A stretch of 64,000 bases of DNA, taken from the IMG/VR virus record IMGVR_UViG_3300028534_000026, positions 2,128 through 66,127 of that record, one strand, 5' to 3'. This document shows positions 1-7,128 of this stretch, in pieces. The position numbers and the translations under genes are program-made. This stretch comes from a virus. The notes under the pieces are model-generated. The model did no database searches, was not told the origin of the DNA, and saw only the letters and a list, made by a program, of their open reading frames with translations. The first letter of the stretch is position 1. Every line of letters starts with the position of its first letter.

Positions 1-232
1 TTTGGTGTCTCTTATAAGCGGACTCCAGGCTGTAGTCCCCGTCATATCTGGGGTTTAATACTATTAACCCCTTAATATACGGCTCTGTTATCCAAGACGG
101 CGGGTTCTTCCAAATAACACACTCTCTTGGATCAACCCCATACAGCCTTATTAATTCATTAGCGTTTACATAATGGAGATCACCGTCTGCCTTACTTGTT
201 ATGTAGCCTGGTACCACTAAATATTCCCTCAT
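1..232 (-). CDS. hypothetical phage protein, runs off the window edge
   Basis: Hand translation MREYLVVPGYITSKADGDLHYVNANELIRLYGVDPREC...NPRYDGDY; GGAGG RBS upstream; no stop before position 1. Confidence 0.7.
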   Translation of the reverse strand, partial: MREYLVVPGYITSKADGDLHYVNANELIRLYGVDPRECVIWKNPPSWITEPYIKGLIVLNPRYDGDYSLESAYKRHQ

Positions 233-394
233 TATATACCTCCTGATCTCATAAAATACCTCTCCCCTTCCGGATATTCTTGTCTAGGGGCTAGACTCAA
301 CTGTTGCACAACAGGCTGTTCAACCCCTATGGAAAGGGGAGGAATTCGGCCATGAGGAGCCGGTGCGTATGGATACCCGGTACCTTGTCTCATG

Positions 395-667
395 TTATTC
401 TCCCAAAATATCTTTTACAATAGTCTCTATCTTCTTCTGAACTTCCCCCCTCTCCCTCTTGAAAAAAGGAATCATAACATCCTTGACTCCTTCCATCAAG
501 CCCTCGTCATCTGAATTCAGAATCCCAGTCTTCCGGGACCACCCTATCCGGGGCTCAATGGTGCCGGAATCCATACCCTCAATCCAGGAAGTGAGCTGCT
601 GTTCTTTTTTCTGCAGCTGCTCATACTCGTGTATGAGATTTTTAAGGTCTCTTATTTCTGGTCTCAC
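395..667 (-). CDS. hypothetical protein
   Basis: 90-aa ORF with AGGAGG RBS and GTG start, co-oriented with neighbours. Confidence 0.75.
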   Translation of the reverse strand: MRPEIRDLKNLIHEYEQLQKKEQQLTSWIEGMDSGTIEPRIGWSRKTGILNSDDEGLMEGVKDVMIPFFKRERGEVQKKIETIVKDILGE

Positions 668-677
668 CTTCTACCTC

Positions 678-851
678 CTATTCAGGTGGCTCTTCTTCCC
701 AGCCACACTCAGTACAAGTTAATGGATTATTTACGCAGGCTGCACATGGTGGGACTATGAAACATGTACAGTTCTCAACTGGGCCATACTCCAATATACC
801 CTCACCACACTCAGGGCACCTGTCCCCTTCTTCAAGTCTGTTGTCTGTCAT
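678..851 (-). CDS. small Cys-rich zinc-binding protein (57 aa, not in ORF track)
   Basis: MTDNRLEEGDRCPECGEGILEYGPVENCTCFIVPPCAACVNNPLTCTECGWEEEPPE; three CxxC pairs; fills the gap between neighbours. Confidence 0.75.
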   Translation of the reverse strand: MTDNRLEEGDRCPECGEGILEYGPVENCTCFIVPPCAACVNNPLTCTECGWEEEPPE

Positions 852-853
852 TT

Positions 854-1975
854 TCACACCTCCTCAGCAAGTTCTTCATCCCACAAACCAAGCCCACAGA
901 GCTTGTCATAAGTTTCCAGGCAGGCTTCAGCAATCCTTACCACTTCCGAAACCGAGTCATACCCCATCTCCTCCAGCTCCAATACAGCATCATGAAACCC
1001 CCTACAACCAAGCATGGCATCCCGGAGCAGGCAACTGGCGAAATCCTCTTTACTTATTTTACCCTCATGAGCAAACCCAAGGGTGTATTCAAATACCTCT
1101 GACCCCTGGGACGTGGTAACCGTCACGTCAAACACGTCCGCGTGCTCTGTTTTTCCTTTCCGTACTGGTGTTATGTGAAACTTTTCACAATACTTCTGTA
1201 ACCCGGTTTTCGGTGCCTCTGTTTTGGGCTCCCACTTCAAAATCTTTTCAGCAATATCAGCAGGTATCTCGCGGGTCAGCCACTGGGATCCATACACATA
1301 CGCCTTTCCATCCACCATGTAGTCGGGGTCACGATAGAGCCCCAAATCCTTCAATCTTGACACCGTATAGGAGTAATAGTCTATAGGGGTATCGTATTTA
1401 CAGGCCAGCCGCCCGTGTTCAATAACTGCTCCTTTTTGGAGGAAAATCGCTGTAGTCCTTCTCAGGGTCCATCTACCTCCCCCTCTTACCTTACTCACAA
1501 CCCGCTGCGGTATAACAATTGAAGACAGGGGGTTTTTTGACTCGTTAATAGTGGTCTCTTTCAAATATTCCATTATATCAATAACCACTTTATCTACCCT
1601 GGCAGAGTGTATCTCTGTCTTGAGCCGTTTTTTCAACAGCTCTACTTGGTGCCAGAACTCCTCAGACATGCTCTTGCGTCTCTCTTCCAGCTTCTCATAC
1701 TCTGGCCTTATAATAGTATTAACCGCGTCCATCTGTCTTGGTGTTCCAGGGCTCAAATCATTTCCTGACCACCCCTTACATACCTCACAAAACTCCTTAA
1801 CAAACTTGTCATCCTGGAAGTCTTCGAGAAGCTGATCGTAGAAATCCCCACACATTAAGATATCCGACCCTGACTTATTGTAGTAGTCTACTGAGGACTT
1901 CAATACTCCGTCTTTAAACTCCCACACACAGAATACCTGCTCTCCGTCATCCGTTGTTCCAACATATCTTCTCAT
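854..1975 (-). CDS. hypothetical protein (373 aa)
   Basis: Long ORF with GAGGAG RBS; contains GTPRQ and L.DLGL..D....G..Y.YGSQWL..EIP segments of a kind seen in phage/plasmid proteins. Confidence 0.8.
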   Translation of the reverse strand: MRRYVGTTDDGEQVFCVWEFKDGVLKSSVDYYNKSGSDILMCGDFYDQLLEDFQDDKFVKEFCEVCKGWSGNDLSPGTPRQMDAVNTIIRPEYEKLEERRKSMSEEFWHQVELLKKRLKTEIHSARVDKVVIDIMEYLKETTINESKNPLSSIVIPQRVVSKVRGGGRWTLRRTTAIFLQKGAVIEHGRLACKYDTPIDYYSYTVSRLKDLGLYRDPDYMVDGKAYVYGSQWLTREIPADIAEKILKWEPKTEAPKTGLQKYCEKFHITPVRKGKTEHADVFDVTVTTSQGSEVFEYTLGFAHEGKISKEDFASCLLRDAMLGCRGFHDAVLELEEMGYDSVSEVVRIAEACLETYDKLCGLGLWDEELAEEV

Positions 1976-2029
1976 GGCTCGACTCCTCTTTGGTTATTAT
2001 TTCCCCGACCTAGTGGCCGGGGTATCCTG

Positions 2030-2749
2030 TTACTTACCAGCCAACTTCCTGATATCCTGCATGTCATCGGCCAGCGGAATATCTGAACATCTCCCAGGAT
2101 CTTCCTCCAACCCCTTGGCAAGCCGTATCCACCCAATAAACTCAGGAAAAGTGTTACAAAGTTTTATTGTGGAGGTGTAATTCCACAGTATGTTTCTCAC
2201 CTTAGTACGAAACTCCGTAGCTCTGCCTGAAAGGTCAGTGACTTTTCGGTGGAATTCCAGCAACCTCTCCCTCAAATCTTGGTCCAGCAGGTCAAAGATT
2301 TCATCAGCACTCAATTCAGCCTCACATAAGCGAGGGAGGTTCCAAGAATTAGACGGAATATCAGCAGTGGGAAGAGTACAGTACCCCCTCTCTTTGGCTT
2401 CTGAGACACTGTTCCACCTACCGGCTCTACCTACTCTAATTTCTTCTCCATTAGCGTCAATTATTATCCCCGATTCCACTCTATACGTATCCAGGACTAT
2501 GTGTTCTGTGCCTCTGAAGACAGAGTGGGCCTCTTTGACAAGCTTTTCATACTCCTCCCTCTTCTCCTGTGGGTAAATGTGGGCCAATATAGCCTCAAAA
2601 AGTTCGAACTCTTCCTTGACAAGAGTGTTTGTCTCCTCTCCAAAAATACTCTCACCAGCAGCCCTGATAACCATCTCCCTGTTATGATTGGACAAGGTGA
2701 ATCCCTTCGGCAACCCGAGCTCTTTAGCAGTCTTCCATTTCTTTTCCAT
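2030..2749 (-). CDS. hypothetical protein (239 aa)
   Basis: Long ORF with GGAGGAG RBS. Confidence 0.8.
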   Translation of the reverse strand: MEKKWKTAKELGLPKGFTLSNHNREMVIRAAGESIFGEETNTLVKEEFELFEAILAHIYPQEKREEYEKLVKEAHSVFRGTEHIVLDTYRVESGIIIDANGEEIRVGRAGRWNSVSEAKERGYCTLPTADIPSNSWNLPRLCEAELSADEIFDLLDQDLRERLLEFHRKVTDLSGRATEFRTKVRNILWNYTSTIKLCNTFPEFIGWIRLAKGLEEDPGRCSDIPLADDMQDIRKLAGK

Positions 2750-2750
2750 T

Positions 2751-2900
2751 TTAACTCCTCCCTAATAATTGGTTAATACATCTTGTTAACTCTTCGCGGT
2801 TCTCCCGAATAAAAGTAGTGATACCTTTACCAGTATCTTTCCCCCACAGGTACAGCCCCTCATCATTCATTATCCACTCTTCCCTTTCTTTATCATTCAT
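2751..2900 (-). CDS. small hypothetical protein (49 aa)
   Basis: MNDKEREEWIMNDEGLYLWGKDTGKGITTFIRENREELTRCINQLLGRS; stop lies next to the downstream start. Confidence 0.65.
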   Translation of the reverse strand: MNDKEREEWIMNDEGLYLWGKDTGKGITTFIRENREELTRCINQLLGRS

Positions 2901-3024
2901 CGCAGCAAGTCTCCACAAACTCCGTATTTTTCTTTCTTATCATTCTCCCGAGTTGTGATCCAGGCAGTACACATTATGCTGATACACAATATAGATACCC
3001 TGTCTTATGACACCACAACTTCAT
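2897..3024 (-). pseudogene. small Cys-containing gene broken by a 1-nt deletion
   Basis: Span is 128 nt (3n-1); one extra G in the GGG at 2998-3000 gives MKLWCHKTGVSILCISIMCTAWITTRENDKKEKYGVCGDLLR, ending in an ATGA overlap. Confidence 0.45.
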
Positions 3025-3028
3025 CCAC

Positions 3029-3184
3029 TTACTTTCCTTTTTGATTTCCGGTCGAATCTGTTTCATAGAATTCCCATTCCTCCTGTTCACATATTCTTTG
3101 TTCGAAGGATGCTGCTTTACACAGCGCCCATATAATTACCAAGAAAGCCATACCACAGATTGATAAACCCAACCAAGTCAACAT
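3029..3184 (-). CDS. small membrane protein
   Basis: One hydrophobic segment (MLTWLGLSICGMAFLVIIWALC); start re-picked at the internal ATG. Confidence 0.6.
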   Translation of the reverse strand: MLTWLGLSICGMAFLVIIWALCKAASFEQRICEQEEWEFYETDSTGNQKGK

Positions 3185-3558
3185 GTTACCACCCCACTGA
3201 TTAATATACTCGCGATAAGCACAGCAGAGCAAACCAAAACCAGTACAGTAACTAGGGAAAGCAGGAGCACAAACCACCGTGGTCGAGATTCAACAGCCAC
3301 TGCAATGATCAATAATACCAGACCTGCTGCTTCGAGCACCACCACCGACCACCCCACAACGTTGATAAAATTAAACCCACCTACCAAACTTAACGTACCT
3401 CTATTTGAAAACCAGATGGTTAGCTCTGCTGTGACTGAAACCAGGATGGAGAAACACGCCGTACCCAACAGCCAAGGTCGGTTCTCAAAACAACAAAAAG
3501 CCCAAGAAGCTACCCCAACAACCATGGATACCACAAATACCAACTCTATAATTGACAT
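3178..3558 (-). CDS. multi-pass membrane protein
   Basis: About four hydrophobic segments; start re-picked at MSIIELVF. Confidence 0.65.
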   Translation of the reverse strand: MSIIELVFVVSMVVGVASWAFCCFENRPWLLGTACFSILVSVTAELTIWFSNRGTLSLVGGFNFINVVGWSVVVLEAAGLVLLIIAVAVESRPRWFVLLLSLVTVLVLVCSAVLIASILISGVVTC

Positions 3559-4178
3559 ATTACCACACCCTCCAGCCTGTGGGCATACCAAGGCAGAAAC
3601 ATAGACCACTTCTTCTCGGCCCGCTCTTTCTCATAGTTGGCAAGATTGGCAAGGGCTTCATCAGCGGCCTCTTTACAGTGTTCATAACCAATAAACCCCC
3701 AACGACTCTCAACAACCTCATCGTCCTTATCCAGAATCTCATACCCGTACACTTCCCCCTCCATGTAGGCAGAAAACTCCTTGATCTCTCCCTCAAGCCT
3801 CTTTTCCAGTTCCTCGTCAGTGAGCCCATCAACCTCCTTCTTCGCCACGATAACACCACACTGCCCTGAATCCCAGGAGCAGGTAAAAGGGCTGGTGCTT
3901 ATGACTACACCTGAGTGAATATAGGCATGTACATCCAGAATGACGTAATGCTTATCAAGAATCCCCTTGATAGCGTCATCCAACCAATAGTCTGATATAT
4001 TTTCCGGATCAAAATCAGGGTGGATATCCTGACAGAGTTCGACCATCTTCTCCTGAATATCGTCCACCTGCTCATCCCCAAGAACGTACCGGGTAGAGGT
4101 ATAATAAATTGTTCCCAAATTACCCCACTCTCTTGGGTTCATCGGGTCATCATCTCTGACTATTTTGTACCGTAACAT
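3546..4178 (-). CDS. acidic protein of the HSG..STSPF.C.WDSGQ.G family, often annotated anti-restriction
   Basis: Motifs AYIHSGVVISTSPFTCSWDSGQCG and YMEGEVYGYEI...VESRWGFIG; D/E-rich. Confidence 0.6.
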   Translation of the reverse strand: MLRYKIVRDDDPMNPREWGNLGTIYYTSTRYVLGDEQVDDIQEKMVELCQDIHPDFDPENISDYWLDDAIKGILDKHYVILDVHAYIHSGVVISTSPFTCSWDSGQCGVIVAKKEVDGLTDEELEKRLEGEIKEFSAYMEGEVYGYEILDKDDEVVESRWGFIGYEHCKEAADEALANLANYEKERAEKKWSMFLPWYAHRLEGVVICQL

Positions 4179-4179
4179 G

Positions 4180-4377
4180 TTAACCTCCTCCTGGATTATA
4201 GGTTAAATAAACGCTGAAGCCGAGCGAGACTACAATCACAAACATCAAGACATTGTCCACCCAGTTCCACGCCGCCTTCCTGCCCAGTGCTCTTGCCACC
4301 AGCACAGATATCCTGATATATATCAACATGCACAGAAGCAGTAACACCGAGTTCACAGCCAGTATTGCATGTGACAT
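4180..4377 (-). CDS. two-TM membrane protein
   Basis: Two hydrophobic stretches; GGAGG RBS before MSHAIL. Confidence 0.65.
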   Translation of the reverse strand: MSHAILAVNSVLLLLCMLIYIRISVLVARALGRKAAWNWVDNVLMFVIVVSLGFSVYLTYNPGGG

Positions 4378-4378
4378 A

Positions 4379-4561
4379 TCATCCTCCCGGATTATCAAAA
4401 CACATTTTGTTTATGAGGGCGTCATCCGCCCCCAGCCTGATGTAATCAACAATCTGCTCCGGAGAGCAGGTTACCCACGGTGTGGGGTATACATTCTGTA
4501 ACTTTATTTCAGGAGTATACCACACCGAGAATAAAAGTAAAGTCTTTACAAAGAAAATCAT
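4379..4561 (-). CDS. hypothetical protein
   Basis: 60-aa ORF with GAGG RBS, tightly packed. Confidence 0.55.
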   Translation of the reverse strand: MIFFVKTLLLFSVWYTPEIKLQNVYPTPWVTCSPEQIVDYIRLGADDALINKMCFDNPGG

Positions 4562-4563
4562 CT

Positions 4564-4842
4564 CTACCTCGCTGTTGATGGGACAGAGGGACAGGGTCCA
4601 CCTGTTTCCCTCTCTGGCTTCACCACGTCTTTCCGGAGTTCTGTGAGCTGGGGCTCGTCAAAGAACTGCTTTTCCTGCGGTACACCATCCTTCAACTCCT
4701 TTGGCTGAATTCCGTAAGTATTACAATTGTGTATCCACTGGCACCTGCATACCACAATCCCGTAAAACCCGGTAAATGTATCCTTGACTTCTGACCCCAA
4801 ATCAAATTTAAACTCAGGCTTTTTCTTTCCAGACATTTTCAT
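4564..4842 (-). CDS. conserved-looking phage hypothetical protein
   Basis: FDLGSEVKDTFTGFYG...CNTYGIQP...FFDEPQL pattern; ATGA overlap upstream. Confidence 0.7.
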   Translation of the reverse strand: MKMSGKKKPEFKFDLGSEVKDTFTGFYGIVVCRCQWIHNCNTYGIQPKELKDGVPQEKQFFDEPQLTELRKDVVKPERETGGPCPSVPSTAR

Positions 4843-5090
4843 TCTCCTTCATGTGGAATAACTTTTTTCTTCTCTAGGTCCCACTTCCCAATAGATGTGG
4901 CCCACCCCTTCCACCCCCTCTTCACGGCCAGGGTGTCACCAGCCTTATTTTCGATAACGAGGATGGTGTCATGAAACATCTGCCTCTTGGAAGCCGTCAC
5001 TTTGGCCCCGGTCAAGCTGTTGGTTGCTATCCAGTAACACTTCCGAAAGCTATTGGTAGCCCCCTGTTCACATATTTTGTATTTGGTCAT
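4839..5090 (-). CDS. hypothetical protein
   Basis: 83-aa ORF overlapping both neighbours by a few bases. Confidence 0.65.
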   Translation of the reverse strand: MTKYKICEQGATNSFRKCYWIATNSLTGAKVTASKRQMFHDTILVIENKAGDTLAVKRGWKGWATSIGKWDLEKKKVIPHEGE

Positions 5091-5641
5091 TTAATCTCCT
5101 CCCACTCTCCAAATATTGTACTCCACCTTCCGCCGCTATACCGTTGAGTAAACACAAATAACCCATCAGAGTACACTCTTACTAGGGAGTCATCAAAATG
5201 CCTCCTGTTCTGAGCTGTCAACATAGCTTGCTCGGGTGGCATCCTCGGAACCCGGTAAACAATTGGTACTACTTTCCTCCATTTCTTTGGTATCTCTTTT
5301 ATGGTATACGGCCCAGTGTCTTGGGCCAAGCCAACCGCCCGATTGAACTCAACACACCCATCTGCGTGCCCTGAAGGGGTAAATATACACAGACTCTCTT
5401 CAATGTTATACCCACCAAATCCATTCTTGGCACGATATCTAACCCTTACAAGAAAAGCGTCTCCCTCTCTTTTCACCTTATACCAAGTAATGTACTGCAG
5501 ACTATCAGGATCTTTTAGATTCTTCTGAAACCAGTCATCCACCTGTTTTACAACCCCGGTTTCCGGGTCATTTTCCACAGTAAGCCCGTAAGCAGTCGAG
5601 GCAGCCAACAACATTACAATTACCATCATCATCTTTTTCAT
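5087..5641 (-). CDS. exported protein with LKDPDS...RAKNGFGGY motif
   Basis: Signal peptide MKKMMMVIVMLLAASTAYG; KNLKDPDSLQY and YRAKNGFGGY motifs. Confidence 0.7.
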   Translation of the reverse strand: MKKMMMVIVMLLAASTAYGLTVENDPETGVVKQVDDWFQKNLKDPDSLQYITWYKVKREGDAFLVRVRYRAKNGFGGYNIEESLCIFTPSGHADGCVEFNRAVGLAQDTGPYTIKEIPKKWRKVVPIVYRVPRMPPEQAMLTAQNRRHFDDSLVRVYSDGLFVFTQRYSGGRWSTIFGEWEEIK

Positions 5642-5919
5642 TTTTCTTCTCCTCTTAAATTGTTATAAAACAACTTAGTAATTCTTTTAACAAACTCAGC
5701 AAACTCCGGGTCACCAGTATCCCAAAGAGTGGTGTGTATTTCCACAATTCTTGAGTTTGCCCACCTGTCAAAATTGTCCTTTGTGGCAAGGGCCAAGACA
5801 CCATAAGTGTCTTCTTCTTCTGTGCCGTAATAAATCCACCGACAATTCCCGACGGACCCCTCGCTGAAAATGTTTTCTCTTACTACTTTTAAGAGCTTAT
5901 CCGTCTGCCCTGATTTCAT
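5638..5919 (-). CDS. hypothetical protein
   Basis: 93-aa ORF with GGAGGAG RBS. Confidence 0.7.
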   Translation of the reverse strand: MKSGQTDKLLKVVRENIFSEGSVGNCRWIYYGTEEEDTYGVLALATKDNFDRWANSRIVEIHTTLWDTGDPEFAEFVKRITKLFYNNLRGEEK

Positions 5920-6142
5920 TATGTCTCCTCCCTGATAAGGTTACCATAGGGGTCAACCAGGTATTTATTTCCGTCAGTGTCAAGTATCCCGTGGCTGTAC
6001 CCCTTTTTGGTCAACCTCTTTGACATGACTACAGCGGCCCTCTCTGTTCTGTGGCATACATACCCCTTCCCACCATAATAGGAAGCAAGAACAGTAGCGT
6101 CCCCCTATGAATATCTGTAAACCTTATAAAGTCATCAAACAT
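5919..6142 (-). pseudogene. 74-aa gene broken by a 1-nt deletion in a G5 run
   Basis: Strong AAGGAGG RBS + ATG at 6142; a 60-codon open frame from 6101 ends in a TAATG overlap at 5919; span 224 nt (3n-1). Confidence 0.6.
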
Positions 6143-6154
6143 TCTTCTTCCTCC

Positions 6155-6532
6155 TTAGTATACTGCCGGTGTAGTTTCCCGGACTTTCTGCAATCTGCGT
6201 CTGATCTCATCTACTCCATCCAACTCAGCAGCAGAAATGAAGTCTGATTCATCAGTATCCAAAACCTCTATGTCCAAATCAGGGATATCAGAGAATACAG
6301 ACTGAACAATACCACCCTCCACATGGATAACTACTTTCTTTTCATACCCGAGCAATTCCAGTATCAAGCCAGTTAGAACTTTGATGGCGTGGTCGTCATC
6401 ACCAGAGTTAACTTCACCACAATAAATGTCCCACATAGGGCAATCCTGACAATCAGTTACAGTGCCGCAGTCAGCTGGGTTCTTGTTAATTACCTTTATA
6501 ATATCCAACTTATCCAAAACTCTGGTTTTCAT
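6155..6532 (-). CDS. hypothetical protein, Cys-cluster N-terminus and acidic C-terminus
   Basis: CGTVTDCQDCP motif; AGGAG RBS. Confidence 0.7.
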   Translation of the reverse strand: MKTRVLDKLDIIKVINKNPADCGTVTDCQDCPMWDIYCGEVNSGDDDHAIKVLTGLILELLGYEKKVVIHVEGGIVQSVFSDIPDLDIEVLDTDESDFISAAELDGVDEIRRRLQKVRETTPAVY

Positions 6533-6592
6533 CTCCTATTCCTCCTTCTCGATTCCCAAGTTGGTTTCAGACTTCCAAGTAAATTCAGTATT

Positions 6593-6814
6593 CTACTCAT
6601 ATCCATTCTCCTTTTTCCATTTTTCACATGATTCAACAAGCACCGGGTCAGGGCCGTAAGCGTAAGAACCCGGTGTACAAACACCTGCTTCTTCACAAGA
6701 CAGCCCTGTCTCGGTGTGTTTGGACATGAAAGGGCAGTCTGCACACAGCACCCCATCACAGGCCCCATTATACTCCAAGATTGTGTTCACTGTTTTCAAA
6801 AATGTCTCTTTCAT
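6593..6814 (-). CDS. small Cys-rich protein
   Basis: GGAGG RBS before MKETFL; CDGVLCADCP motif resembles the adjacent gene. Confidence 0.65.
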   Translation of the reverse strand: MKETFLKTVNTILEYNGACDGVLCADCPFMSKHTETGLSCEEAGVCTPGSYAYGPDPVLVESCEKWKKENGYE

Positions 6815-6924
6815 GTTGGTTCCTCCTTGACTTTCAGAGTCTTTTAATTTATTCTTCAGGTTCCTTCGTTCCATTTTTGAAACAAGGATGTTACTTACCA
6901 TATACTGAAATGGAGTTACTGTCA

Positions 6925-7128
6925 ATGACTTTCAATGATTTCAAAAAACAATCCGGAAAAAGCTTCTCCAAAATTTCCGAAGAAACCGGCATCCCCAAGG
7001 CCACACTATGGCGCATCTCCCAGGGAAAAGAAATAAAACTCAAACATGCGTTTCTTCTTGTCGATTGGAGCGGTGGTGTGATTGACCTCTCAGACTTCCA
7101 AAAATCTGCAGAGGAGGCCACCGTATGA
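6925..7128 (+). CDS. Cro/XRE-like HTH regulator
   Basis: SFSKISEETGIPKATLWRISQG helix-turn-helix; GGAG RBS; stop overlaps the primase start. Confidence 0.8.
   Translation: MTFNDFKKQSGKSFSKISEETGIPKATLWRISQGKEIKLKHAFLLVDWSGGVIDLSDFQKSAEEATV

Noticed and set aside
2003-2022. CCCCGACC/GGCCGGGG hairpin as a terminator
   Set aside because: No U-tract on either strand.
6925-7128. Lysogeny switch
   Set aside because: No CI-like repressor, integrase or att site in the window; lifestyle cannot be called.
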